DNA of 63,756 nt, filler included, from Trichosphaerium sp. ATCC 40318 (Eukaryota; Protista; Tubulinea), in NCBI GenBank assembly GCA_038496445.1. It is 3 parts of 3 records of this genome, joined end to end, with 100 filler letters (N's around TTAATTAATTAA, not from the genome) between each part and the next. Parts side by side here need not be neighbours in the genome. Positions count along the whole stretch, not along the records: positions 1 to 22,938 come from JALMLS010000463.1; 2 more parts are not named here. One strand, written 5' to 3'. The notes beneath the pieces were generated by a model. The model was not told the DNA's origin. It did not search any database and saw only the letters and a list, made by a program, of their open reading frames with translations. Numbering within the stretch: position 1 is the first letter of the stretch; each line of letters begins with the position of its first letter. Both the position numbers and the translations under genes were made by a program. Of the stretch, positions 1 to 12,648 are shown in pieces.

Positions 1-25
1 TTTTTTTTGATTTCTATTCTTACAT

Positions 26-3000
26 TCACGTGTTCACGCAGTTGCCAACGAATTTGGCTACTTTTGCGCACATTTTAAAGTGTAGGGGTAGTATAGTGTT
101 GTTGTGGTTAATGTGCGGCATCTGTTCAACCCCAGCCCACGCTAAATTATACAAGTCCAACACTATTTCCCTACAAATGAATTAGAAAACTGTCGTTCAC
201 TTTGTCGACCCATAACAAAGACGCACCTCAGCGTTAAGCCACAATCAACCACACCGTTTTCGACCATGGATTCGCAGTCCCAGAGAGCCACTATAATAAA
301 GTAATGAGCAAGGGAAACAGCGCAAGTTTTGTTCCAACCTTTGAGCGGCAAATGAGAGATAGAGATTGGTGAGGTAGCGGCAGTATGTATGCTGTCTGCT
401 TTGGCTTTTCTGCAACATCTCCAAGTTGTAAGCAACCGCAAGGAGGGAATACTGCTATACTAGCATCTTCAAACCCGGCCTATGTTCTCTGGTGGTAGTC
501 CACAAACCAACTGTTTTAATTTGCGTACCGTATCAGTGTTTGTGGTGGCATTGCTCAGTATGACGTCCTCTTCAATGGACACAGATACAAGCGCAATGGT
601 TCCTAGTCGGAACATCAGTCAACTGTCTTGCATGACTGAATGCGAGAGTGGTACCTGTGAGTTGCGATTGCCGTCCTGGCGGTGCTATGGCTTCTTTGAA
701 TTGCCTAACTTGCGATGCGGTTGGAGAACCCAAAAAGGTAAATACCAGAGTCTCGGACCCCTCACTTTGGCCTTGCAAGAATGCGTTTGGATATTGTAGT
801 AGCGATGCATAATCGAACTGGTAATTTTACATTAGCTCCAGCATAAGGGCGCAAAGGCAAAAGTGATTTTTGATGTTTTGAAAGAAACATAAAGTTTTGT
901 TCAGCTAACGTACGTTGCCCTCAAATATATTGACATCTCGAATCTCGCTCATGCTGTCTGTCATTGCTGCAACACCCCACCCATTTGGTAGGTCATTGTC
1001 TTGTTCATAGGACAAGAATGCAATGTGTAAGATGGTCTTGGCTTGCTGTCCTAGGCCTGTCGAGAGTAGCATGTGATGCTCTGTTTGGAGTACAACTGGC
1101 GGTTCAAAAACTTCACGCAGAGTTTGAGTGAAAGGGTCCAAGCACGAACGCCTTGACCTGGCAAACACGCTGAATGCCATCGCTTGGACAAGCCCTACGC
1201 CTTGTGAGTTCAACTAGTCGCAACCTTCGAGTTACTGAATAGTAACAACGTACTGCTGTCTAATGTATCAGAAAGTATCCAGTCGAGTGGGATTGGCTGT
1301 GTTGTGATTGTGTTGGATATCTCTGTCTTATCACCAAGTCCTTTGTACAATTCGGCCATGACGTCAAACAGTGCGAGCCCTTCGCGCCCTGTCCAGCCCA
1401 ATGGCCATACCAAATACAACACTACTGTGTGATTTGATAGAGGAGAAGCCCATGAGCGTATTGTCTTACCTGTACATGGATATGTTAATTTTAGAATAAT
1501 TAAAAAGTTATGCAACCTGTATTTGATACGGCCTTTTTCAATTTATTGATAATGGTTGCTGTGTTGGTCTCTGTCTTTTCTGGTGTATCAACAAATACGA
1601 TACCATCACGGCGTTGTGGTGTTCTAGTATTTCCAACTGAAGCCTTTTTGGGTAGATGAGTGAGCATGTGACATGCAGTGAACTATGTAATAAGTGTCAT
1701 TGTTGAGCGTACTGGTTTGTGGTTTCCCAGGTTGTATAGTTGATACATAGCACCCAGTTCCGAGAAGAACAAACTAATATGCGATTCGTTATCTATTTTT
1801 GGCGCGACAACCATGTAACTCACATGCTTTTCATGCGCATAGGGTTCTAGAGAGGTCGTTATATTATTAATGACACAACCTTAAATTGTGTACCTAAGCT
1901 CAGTTTGTCCCAAAGATGCAGGTAGCGGTGTTGCATCGCTATTTGATCGCCATATTGATATCCCATCATCACACAAGGTTCCCTGAGACTAACCACTCGA
2001 GGTAAATCAGATCGAGGTTGAGGTTCAGGGTCGCAATCTAGAGGTTTGAGTCAAAATACGTCCAGGAAGGATAAACGTCACTCTACCTTGTTTAATGTTG
2101 AGTATGTCTTGAAGTGTTGTGGTCCGTTTCTCTGGACCTACAATCCACTCTGGAAGTGCATTGAGCATCTTTGCCATGATGAGGTCGAGTGCTTGCCCAT
2201 GGTTGTGCTGGACCAGATTGCGTCGATGGAGGTGCAATGCATCGAATGGTTCTGTGAACTTGGGGTCACTACAAAACGTCCCAGCGGCCAGCATCTTGCA
2301 CAAGTACGCTGATATCGCGTTCTGATAGGGTAATGGTAAATTTGACATGGCTGATTGTGAAATGACCTTGAGCCTGCGCTTCAACGTGCTGTGTTGTGCC
2401 TTGACGAGACCTTGGCGTGTTGTGTCATTGTCACCATCACATGTACGCCAAGACAGGAACAAAGGCAAAAGAACAGGATTCACTGTGCCGGTAGTATCTA
2501 CCCAAGAAGGGATCGGCTTCGTAAATGCAACCTTGCTTGATTTTTGTACAAAGGTTAATACTTCCTCGTCTGATGAGTAATCGTCGTCCTCCATAAATTT
2601 TTGAGTGTTTGTTGTTATTGGTCCCGCTGGGGACGTGCCACTAAGCGATGGCCCTTTGTCAGGTTCTTTGTTGAAGGCAGTGGCAGTTAGTGATTTATTG
2701 GCTTCATTGTCATTGCTGTCAGTTTGTGCGGGTCGTGGGACATATCCCATTTGTTGAACGCTGATAGGTAATGCGGCTTGGGTCATGGCAGTGTAATCTT
2801 TAGGTACCAGATGGTAACCTTCGTATGGGTTCTATTAATGCAAGTGTTATCAACCTTAGCTGGAGCAAAACTAAAAAACGGAGAATTGTGCGCACAAATG
2901 GGCTTGGGAGCGGCGACGTGACTGGTGTAAATGTTTCTGGTACAACCACCCCAGGCGTCGGTTGCTCCATAACTGTGTTCATAGCGATTGGTGTATGTAC

Positions 3001-4841
3001 AATTTGTTGCAGTGGTGTGCCGGCCTAAAAGGAAAGGCGGTTAGGAAAGACTACGAACGGATCGCGTGGTGTGGCAAAAAAAAAACCAAAACAAACTAAA
3101 AAAATTGTTTCACGCACGTCAAGATGGATAGGTGTGGTTGGTGCACCAAAACCTAGAGGTGAAACGACACAAAAGTCAGTAGGCGTTGTAGGTATGGGAT
3201 TGGAGCTTAAGGACTCCATCCAGCCATCCAAGTCAATGTCGCCAAGGTCGTCCAGAGGGGGTGCTGACACTGGACTAGTTGCAACCTGATAGTCACTTGG
3301 TAGTTTGATAGACGTCACTATTGGTACATTCTTTGGAGGTGCGTTGTACTTGGGCAACAACAAGGTGACCTTTTTAATGTGACTAAATGGCCCAGGCGGC
3401 GGTGGTGCTTCTGTTTTGATAACAATGCTCTTGGGCGGCCGTTTGGCTTTAGGTTGTGCGCTTGAACCACTACTCACGTGGAGTTTACGCTTTCTAGGAG
3501 GTGTGGGTGTAATGCTAATGCCTGTCCCTCCTGGAGAGCCTGCGCGACTTTGCCGCTTTGAGCGGTTAAGCCTCTCTGTGCTTGTCTGCAAGCCAGGTGA
3601 TGATCGATTGCTGTTCTTCTTGTCGTCTGTACCATTTGCGTCAGGGGATTGCTGTTTTGCAATGAGGTCATGCCAGTTATGTGCTGCTCGAAGTTTTTTT
3701 CTGTCGCCAGTTGCACGCGGTTTGTGTTTACAACAAAAAGAAGTGTCGGTGTTGTTCGTATTAATGTCAAACACAGGGACCCACACGGCATCCAATGGCA
3801 CCTTTAACGAGATGCCTTTGACACAAAACTGTAGATAAGGGAGGTATGATGATGTGCTTGCTGCATTCGCTTGATTCTACAATTGGCCCAATGTCAGTTA
3901 GATATTGTTTGGTTGGGCTTAGAAAATAAATTTGACTGAAACAAAAAGATAACTAGGTTGGATGTCGTCGTACGTACACCATAGTTTGGTAAAAGTTCGT
4001 TCCAAGAGGTTTGCGTCGTAGGAGAACCCTGACAGATAGCTTGCATATCTCCCACAATGCCAAAGGGACCGAGAATGCCTACAAAATAAGATGAACAATA
4101 CGGCTTCCTTTTTCTAGATATCTCAAAGCTGGTAGTTGAGTCAGAACTTACCTTGTGCTGGCAACTTGAAACTTGGAGAGCCTGCACATGACGGAAATCT
4201 TTGTATTGGAAGAGCTATTGGTCTAAACGCAATCCCAAGGCAAGTGCCGAGTCGAAAAACATTGAGTCTAAGGGCTTGAGCAGTTGTCCTGTCCTGCGTT
4301 TCCATGACAAAATGTCGCCCAACACGAACCACTCCTGACCCTTCCATATATCTACAATGCTAACTTAGGTTTTGCAAGCTATTCAGAGTTTTTTGTGGTA
4401 CCTGTCAACGAGATTGACGAACGCCTCTTCAAACGCGCTTCCAAAAAGTTTCTGGTACTCTGTCGGCTTGTTCAAGTGCCAAACACCCGTTGCTGCTTCT
4501 GTTCAAAGTGTCAGTCAGAGCGCGGGCGCTCGTGTTATTACCACACACCTGTAACGCCATCTAGAAGGCCATTTTCGCCCCGCATGTCTTGCGAATCGTA
4601 CTTGACATTATCCAATGTGAAGAGCAACAGAAACAACGGGTCATCTTCAATTATTGCGACTAACTGCTTTGCTTTTATATATTCTCTGTACAATTCAAAC
4701 AGCTGATGCGGGTGGGCCTTCGAATCTGATCCAATACACCTCACGTACTTGCTTTCAACTGAATTAACGGAAAGTTAATAGGAACTCACGTACAACTAAG
4801 AATACGCGTGTTGAAAGCTTTTTAACCAACTCTTCTGTCAT
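26..4841 (-). CDS. MED13: Mediator kinase-module subunit MED13 (multi-exon)
   Basis: Spliced translation gives Med13 motifs in order: EPYAHEKHVSYMVVAP..LFFSELGAMYQLYNLGNHKPV, VVLYLVWP, LVQAMAFSVFARSRR, VFEPPVVL, AAMTDSMSE, and C-terminal LYNLAW...LPLHF with TGA at 26-28. Probable ATG at 4841 (MTEELVKKLSTRVFLV). GT-AG introns with CTAAC/CTGAC branch points. Confidence 0.85.
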
Positions 4842-4975
4842 TTAGGCAATCAAGTACTTGTTTGGTGTTATGTTGGTCATAGGAGGCGGCTGCTACGTAA
4901 TATTGCAGCAACGAAATGACTTATTGAGACTTTGGCTTTACGTGAACAGCAAAATAAACAATAAACGTAAAAAAC

Positions 4976-5328
4976 CACCCAAAACAAACAAACAGAACAA
5001 GCAAACATTTACAGACATCAACAACATTGTAAATGATTTGTTGAATGACGCAGAGGGAGTAACAGACATATAACATTGTAAATCATATAAATACGTTGTA
5101 TATTGTAGTTTATTGGTACCCCAATATTCAAAATGTTACATATATCAATTGGGCGAGTGGTGTAATTGGTATCACACGCCCTTAGCATGGGCGAGGTACC
5201 GGGATCGAAGCCCGGCTTGTCCAACCATCTTTTTACATTTTGTTTTTATATTTTAATGGTTTTGATTAAGTCTACCAACAATGTTGTAATCATTGTTCAG
5301 GTTTGAACATATGCATAAACACAATTTT
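4976..5328 (+). repeat. Left arm of 353-bp inverted repeat (partner 15548-15900)
   Basis: Reverse complement of 15548-15900. By eye the outer ~315 bp are identical, with 3 transitions in the innermost ~40 bp. Contains a copy of the last ~32 codons of the ARM-repeat gene plus the tRNA gene. Confidence 0.97.
5151..5223 (+). tRNA. tRNA-Ala(AGC)
   Basis: Acceptor stem GGGCGAG/CTTGTCC with the Ala G3:U70 pair, anticodon arm CGCCC-TTAGCAT-GGGCG, T-arm CCGGG-ATCGAAG-CCCGG, discriminator A, TTTTT Pol III terminator 6 nt downstream. Confidence 0.97.
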
Positions 5329-6030
5329 ACCTGGGCAAATACTTTAAAATTTAATCAAAGATATTTTTTTTTTATTTTTTAAAAGATGACAATAACCACA
5401 TGTGTTATTTATTACAATTTATATTTTCATAGTTCAAAATAAAGATCTTCATCCCATTTGTCTGAGCTTTCATCAATAATAGTTGTGTCTTTGTCTACTT
5501 GACCTACATATAGGTGTGGTTAGTAATTTTAACTGGTTGTTGATATAAGTGTTTTTGGAGTTGGTAGGTGGTAAACCAACACCTCAATCCTCCCATGTAT
5601 CTTTAAAATAGGCCATTCAATTAGCAGATTTCCAGTAACTACCAACTAGTATAAACTAGTCTTTATTTGGTAGTGATTCACATTGGAAATTGTCAATATT
5701 CAAGGCTACAAGGATGTTTTGTTGATGCCAAAACATTATCTTGTGAGTGTTGGGAATTTTCTGATCATGTGTGACATTTTCATATACAGTGCATGATGGA
5801 GCTTATATGAATTGCTTTTTCCTTATTTGTGGATACCTTGAGTGTATTTTCATTCCAACTATTAAGCCCAGTAGAAATGTGCTTAATAAGCATATTTATT
5901 GCCTATAGCTGCCACATAATCCCATTCAAAGAAAAGACAATGACGCTGAAGTGGGTACTGTGACTGAATGCTTGACTGGTAGTAGTTTTAGTAGAAAACG
6001 CCACAAAATATCACAAAAATTCCCCTAAGA

Positions 6031-6236
6031 CAGTAGTAAAATCGGGAGTACAGATAATGTACAGGTAGAGTATGGGTCAAAAAGTACAGATTCCATACGA
6101 GTTTTGTACAGGTCAAAAGTATGGAACATGTATGGGTTTAATCCATGTCAAAAATACAGAACCTGTACAGGTAGAGTACAGGTCAAAAGTACAGGTTCCA
6201 TACGGTTTAGTACGGGTCAAAATCCTGATTCCAGTG
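6031..6236 (+). mobile_element. 206-bp non-autonomous DNA element (CAGTAGTAAAATCGG end), 2-bp TSD GA
   Basis: Degenerate 35-bp GTAC repeats inside. Removing it plus one GA restores collinearity with the second retroelement copy near 12778-12800. Confidence 0.8.
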
Positions 6237-6478
6237 GAGAGCTGACAGACTTCAACATCTTGTGGACTTTCCATTCTTTATCCCTCATTGCCTGTAATGT
6301 GGGAAGCCATTTGACTTCAAAAGCTTTGGATGTGTTGTGTTTGACAATGTCAGATACTTTAGCATACCTTTGAGTTGGGGGGTATTTTGACATTTTTAGC
6401 TAATTTGAGTCATTGGGTGAAACATTCGTTGCCTATATTAGAAAGTTTAGATTTCCACAAGTTTGAGTATAAAGTAAT

Positions 6479-6524
6479 AACTCTGGTATGCCTAAAAAAA
6501 AAAAAAAAAAACTCTGGTATGCCT
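6479..6524 (+). other. Solitary poly(A) insertion flanked by ~15-bp target-site duplication
   Basis: AACTCTGGTATGCCT - A tract - (AA)CTCTGGTATGCCT read directly. Confidence 0.85.
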
Positions 6525-7509
6525 GGACCATAAAAAAGCTTTAAAGTTGTTGGCTATGGTAGATATATCAGGGATAGATAAACCACCCAACGGAATGGCA
6601 AACAAATTCTAGTTTCTACAAAAGATCGATAAGTATGAGTGCTATTGTATACTTACTTTGGCCACATTATTCATATTGTCATAATATCCATAAAATAAAA
6701 ACCTTGACTATGTTCCTCCATTGTTTATCAATGTAGGGAGGTATAGTCAATGGCCTAGAAAAGTATAGTATTAGTGATTGGGCATAGGTTCTGAGTATTG
6801 CATGTTTGGATTTAAGAGTTTGGCATAAGGTTTCCAAGATTTGGTAATGTTGGCTAGTGTCTTATGAAAATCAAAAGTTAGCTGAAGAAAAGGGGAGTGC
6901 CTGCTTTAAGTGACCAACAACATTGATTTGAAAACACTTGGACTTGTTCAGAAATAGACCAGATGCTGCAGAAAATTTGTTGATCATATCTAGACACAAA
7001 ATAGTATTTGAGGCAAATAGAATTTGTTTAAGTAAGAGAAAAATAGCTTTAGCCCCATTAACATTCTTGCTTTGGTTAATCATGCAATTGAGAGGTACCA
7101 ACATGATGGCAAAATGGGTGGGAGAAAGTGGGTTACCTTGGCCTGTACCTCTTTCAACTTTAAAAGTTTTGGAAACAACACCATTGATCCTAACTACAAC
7201 TTGAATTTGTAGCTGGGTGCCAATGGCTTGAGCTATAATTTTTGAGACTTCAATGTGCATGAGAACAAGTATTAGTGCATTGTGAGCACAACTATCAAAA
7301 GCTTTTTTGTTGTCTAATGGGCATAAAGAGAGATGTGCCTGACTTTTGGTGTGATTCTACAATTTCTAATGTAGCAATTTGGTTGTCCACAATATGTTGA
7401 CCTGGAATAAAACCATTTTTGTTAGAGCTGATAATGTTGGGTAAAAACTTAAGTAGCCTGTTATTGATGACCTTCATAAATATTTTATAGTTGTTATTGA
7501 GCAGGACAA

Positions 7510-8538
7510 CAGTGGTGGCATCAGACAGAACGCGAATCGCACGTTTTGGGCACGTTTTGGGCACGTTTATTTTCCACACAAAAGACACATTTTGGACACG
7601 TTTTGGGCATGTTTTTTTTTCCACACAAAAGGCACGTTTCTCTTCCACATGCTGGCCACGCAAATCACACGTTTTGGACACGTTTTGGGCATGTTTATTA
7701 TCTACGTTTTGGGCACGCATAAAACACCACTTTATAGAGGGAAAGAAAATAACAGTTTATTATGATACATAACACATAACAATTAAGAGGTTTGGTACAA
7801 TTATTACAAACTTTACATAAAACTATCCCCACACAAACGATACCCAGTTTATATCAACCAACTTCATGTTTTTGCCATTTTACCTGCTTTTTTTGCCAAT
7901 CCTGCCTTATTGTAAATACTTAAGCAAAAACTTACCTAATTAGGCAAAAAATCTTAAATCCAATAATCGTCTTTAAAAAGGGGTTTAATGGAGTTATTGA
8001 GCCATAATATCCTTAAACTACCCTAAATACCTATTTTCTATCATTTTTGCCTTAAAAAGGGGCACCGAACCCCAAACCATCACGAAACCATGCATCGTAC
8101 CTAATAGTGGGCCATACTTCGTTTTTTAAAGGATTCGTACTAGTAGACCTGAGTTATTTACGAAAAATAGGAAAATCAAGAAATTGTTGGTTTTTGGGTA
8201 TTTTTAGATTTTTTCACCTACTTTTAGAGCCATGCCAATACAAACCTAACTACTGCTTACTTGGGTGAAAATACATGTTTTATTGTTAACGATCAGAGGC
8301 GATCGGCTTTGGGGTGAGATGGTTGAGTTTTGAGTTTGTCAATTTTTTATTTTGAATTTTTCTCCAAATTTCTATTAAAAACAGGTCATGGTTAAAACAC
8401 GCAAATGGCACGTTTTGAGCACGTTTATTGCAAATATACAACACGCGAATGGCACGTTTTGGGCACGTTTATTGCATGTTTATTTTCCACGCAAATGGCA
8501 CATTTTAGGCACGCATATTTTGTCTGATTCCACCACTG
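7510..8538 (+). mobile_element. ~1-kb MITE-like element, TIR CAGTGGTGG(A/C)ATC, 2-bp TSD AA
   Basis: Ends CAGTGGTGGCATCAGACA / TGTCTGATTCCACCACTG, with subterminal 11-bp GCACGTTTTGG repeats. Excision with one AA restores the RT motif KPIVLLNNNYKI in frame. Confidence 0.93.
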
Positions 8539-9514
8539 AATGGGTTTATATAATTGTCCAACAAGCTGGCGTCACCTTTTTTGTAAAGAAGGCAAATAAC
8601 TCCTCTACCAATCATGGACATTACCTTCTATGATATCATTGAAAAGAGGACACATGGCAATGGATAGACCTAGATCTTTGTAAAGACACATACCAACACC
8701 ATTTGGGCCAGAAGCTGAGTTGGATGGCATAGACTTTATGGCAGTGAGTATTTCCTTAACAGTAATGGCAGACATATTTGTGGAAATTTTATTTTTGCAA
8801 TACACTTTCCAATAATCCAAAAACTCCTCCATAGCATCTTCATCACCTGACCAAAGAGCATACAAATTTATTTTGTACTAAAGTAATCCTTTGTTGAGCA
8901 TACCTGAAAGCCTAGCATCCTTGGGGTGATCGGTAGAGCATCTCAATTCCTTAATCTGTTGTGATGCTTGCTTACCCTTTAACATCTTAGTTAAATAGAG
9001 TGAAGGTGTTTTTTCATTAGTAACACGGGAAACTTGAGGAACTCACAACTGAGACTCTTCAAATGGAGAGACACATTCTTCATTAACTATTTTTAGTGTG
9101 TACTTGCGCCAAAACTTGTTACACTTCTGTAAAAATAACTTCTGGTTATGCTTAACATCTTTTACTAGCACCAACTTGAGATCACAGTAATTGGATGGCA
9201 GGGATGCATCCATGTAATCAAGCGTGTCTTTCAAGACAGAAGAAATATGTGACTTTTCCAAACCACAAAATTAAGCCACCATGGTTTACATCATTTATAG
9301 GGCATTGCAAAGGTCACTAGAAGTGTATGGTGATCAGCACCTGGAATATGCACTGAATGGAAACATTTAATTGTGTTGAGCCATTTTTGGCTAACAAAAA
9401 TGTAATTGATACAGCTATGTGTATCAGAGAAAGAACAAAATGTGTGAGTGGGGTTGCTGTACCACAGTGCAGCATCCACAAACCCAAGACTGTGCGTGAT
9501 ACTAGTCATGACAC

Positions 9515-10534
9515 CAGTGGTGGAATCGGACAAAATACGCATGCCTAAAACGTTGCTTTTGCATGGAAAATAAATGTGCCCAAAACATGCCCAAAACGTG
9601 CCATTCGCGTGTTGTATATTTGCAATAAATGTGCTCAAAACGTGTCATTTGCGTGTTTTAACCATGACCTGTTTTTAATAGAAATTTGGAGAAAAATTGA
9701 AAATAAAAAAATTGACAAACTCAAAACTCAACCATCTCACCCCAAAGCCGATCGCCTCTGATCGTTAACTATAAAACATGTATTTTCACCCAAGTAAGCA
9801 GTAGTTAGGTTTGTATCGGCATGGCTCTAAAAGTAGGTGAAAAAATCTAAAAATACCCAAAAACCAACAATTTCTTGATTTTCCTATTTTTCGTAAATAA
9901 CTCAGGTCTACTAGTACGAATCCTTTAAAAAACGAAGTATGGCCCACTATTAGGTACGATGCATGGTTTCATGGTGGTTTGGGGTTCAGTGCCTCTTTTT
10001 AAGACAAAAACAATAGAAAATAGGTATTTAGGGTAGTTTAAGGATATTATGGCTCAATAACTCCATTAAACCCCTTTTTAAAGACGATTATTGGATTTGA
10101 GATTTTTTGCCTAATTAGGTAAGTTCTTGCTTAAGTATTTACGATAAGGCAGGATTGGCAAAAAAAGCAGGTAAAATGGCAAAAACATGAAGTTGGTTGA
10201 TATAAACTGGGTATCGTTTGTGTGGGGATAGTTTTATGTAAAGTTTGTAATAATTGTACCAAACCTCTTTGTGTTATGTATTGTAATAAATCGTTATTTT
10301 CTTTTTCTCTATAAAGTGGTGTTTTATGTGTGTTCAAAACGTGCGATATGTGTGGCAAATATGTGTGCCCAAAACATGTGCAAAATGTGGAAAATAAGCG
10401 TGCCTAAAACATGCCCAAAACGTTTGATTTGTGTGGCCAGCATGTGGAAGAGAAACGTGCCTTTTGTGTGGAAAATAAACGCGCCCAAAACGTGCCCAAA
10501 ACGTGTGATCGTGTGTCATTCGATTCCGCCACTG
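9515..10534 (-). mobile_element. Second, inverted copy of the ~1-kb CAGTGG element
   Basis: Highly similar reverse complement of 7510-8538; ends CAGTGGTGGAATCGGAC / GATTCCGCCACTG. No TSD visible, so the flank may be rearranged. Confidence 0.9.
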
Positions 10535-10609
10535 TGGAAAAAAAACGTGTCCAAAACAGCATGTAGAAGAGAAACATGCCTTTTGTGTGAAAAAAAATGT
10601 GTCCAATCT

Positions 10610-11150
10610 ACTGTATTACTTCAGTGTGTTACCAAATTCTTTATAGATTTCCTATCAATAAGATTGACCATTGTTTTCTGGTCTCTTATATTTCTACCCA
10701 AACAAAAAGAAGTTCTGTCTTTGGCATTGCCAGTCCTGGATGCAATACTAATGTTCTATGTTGTTAGCATCGATTTTAACTCAATCAACATGAAAAAATT
10801 GGACTGCTATGCTGCTGGAACAATGAGGTACCTAAAAACCTATTGTCCAACATGATCAGACATTTACTGAAAAAAAATAATGCCATCAAACAGCTAAAAC
10901 CACTTTGCTTTGGGTTTTGATGGTTATGAAGTCTTCAAACTTCATCTTTATGCTTATTTGTGTATTCAACAGCATTATAAGGTAAGTCCACCTCATTCAC
11001 CAAAAATGTTTTCATTTCACTCTACAAGAACTGAGACATTTTATATCCAGCCAATAAACATCCATAAGTCTTCTCAATGCTGATTACAAACTTTTAACAG
11101 TCCTTAACAATAGTCTCAAAACTATTATTCCCTTTGTTGTACAAAACCAT
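10610..11150 (+). mobile_element. Probable decayed retroelement ORF2 fragment
   Basis: CpG-poor, stop-riddled coding-like sequence; LPKQKEVLSL resembles the post-RT LPKxxGGLGL motif. Weak. Confidence 0.35.
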
Positions 11151-11164
11151 TTGTCCTAAAACCC

Positions 11165-11965
11165 AACTTAATATCCACAACTTAACGACTACTTCAGAAA
11201 AATGCTTGAAACCCATAATCGCCTTTAAAAAGTGGTTTAATAGAGCTATTAGGCCATAATATCCTTAAACTACTCCAAATACATATTTTCTGTCGTTTTT
11301 GCCTAAAAATGGTGAGCTGAACCCCAAACCATCATGAAACCATGCATTGTACCTAAATATACCTAATGCTACATTTTCTGAGCAGTTCGTACAGTCAGAC
11401 CAAAGTTATGCAATAAAACAACAAAATTCAGCAAAAAGCTACATTTTGCACTTTATTAAGTTTTCTCCTCTACTTTTTAAGTAAATGCCCTAATAACCTT
11501 AAAACACCCTCATCTATTAATAATACATGTTTTTGTACCTTACGATTACAAGTTGCCATTTAATTGCAGTAATTTTTTTTTGGATTTTTTGATCGCCAAA
11601 TCCAAACAAAATTTGATGGCCAAATTTTTTTTTTGATTGCAAGTGTATACTGATGGTTGTGGTTTTGGCACACATGTGATATATGTGTACACATACATTG
11701 TATGGAAAAAGAGGAGTATATTCTGTATCCAATTTTTCATATTATTTAATTGTACTCTACCCGTACAGATCCCGTACCTAACCCGTACGGGTAGAGTACA
11801 GGTCAACAATACGGAACCCGTACGGATTAAGTACGGGTCAAAAGTACGGGTTCCGTACGGGTTTAGTACGGGTCAAAAGTACGGAACCCGTACGGGTTAA
11901 GTACGGGTCAAAAGTACGGGTTCCATACGGGTTTAGTACAGGTCAAAATCCCAATTCCAGTACTG
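11165..11965 (-). mobile_element. Truncated CAGTA-ended DNA element
   Basis: 11165-11640 is an inverted homologue of 13340-13820. The terminus read on the minus strand, CAGTACTGGAATTGGGATTTTGAC, matches CAGTAGTGAAATCGGGATTTTGAC at 12111. Confidence 0.8.
11790..11945. repeat. Tandem array of 35-bp unit GTACGGGTCAAAAGTACGGAACCCGTACGGGTTAA (~4.5 copies)
   Basis: Read directly; subterminal repeat of the element ending at 11965. Confidence 0.92.
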
Positions 11966-12127
11966 GATTTTGACCTGTACTAAACATGTACTTTTGACCT
12001 GTACTTAACCCATACAGATTCCATACTTTTGACACAGATTAAACCCATATGCAACCTGTATTTTCGACCTGTAGGGATCTGTACTTTTTGATCCATACTC
12101 TACCTGTACACAGTAGTGAAATCGGGA

Positions 12128-12312
12128 TTTTGACATGTACAATATACGTACGTGGCACGTACTTTTGACACGTACAATATACGTACGTGGCACGTACTTT
12201 TCACACGTACAATATACGTACATGGCACGTACTTTTTCACACGTACAATATACGTACGTGCCACATACTTTTCACACGTACAATATACGTACGTGGCATG
12301 TACGTGTTACGT
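12128..12312. repeat. Tandem array of 35-bp unit TTTTCACACGTACAATATACGTACGTGGCACGTAC (~5 copies)
   Basis: Read directly. Confidence 0.95.
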
Positions 12313-12648
12313 ACGTATTAAACAAAATAAGTAAAATTGTTTTACAAAAAGAACTGTATCAACAGTTTCTACTATGTACATCATAATAAACCATACTATT
12401 GAGAAATTGTATTTTATTTAACCATTAATTTGGAATGGTATGTTTGTAATGATTTTTCAAATATGTTTTGTTTCCATTGAATCAAGTACTACAGCTGTGT
12501 TTCTGATTATGTTATTTGCTGTAACAGTACTGTAATCAAGATTTTGGCATATACAAAACCTGTATATGACACATACTTTTGCCTTGTACTTAATCCATAT
12601 GTGACACATACTTTTGACATGTACCTAACCTGCATGCGGTACGTACTT

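Larger units (their letters stand above)
5364..9514 (-). mobile_element. Decayed non-LTR retrotransposon (L1/Tx1-like APE endonuclease + RT), interrupted by later insertions
   Basis: APE C-terminus (THTF..SCINYIFVS..ADH, 9290-9514); RT motifs SASGPNG, KPIVLLNNNYKI, KNGFIPGQHIVDN, ERGTGQGNPLSP, FSAASGLFLNKSKC, GGLSIP; ORF end LYFEL* near 5428 and A-rich tail near 5364. Many stops and frameshifts. Confidence 0.9.

Noticed and set aside
4858-5073. 71-aa plus-strand ORF
   Set aside because: Chance non-ATG start fused to the duplicated ARM-gene tail; it occupies the MED13 upstream region.
5018-5224. Identical 68-aa ORFs at 5018-5224 and 15652-15858
   Set aside because: Antisense readings across the tRNA genes.
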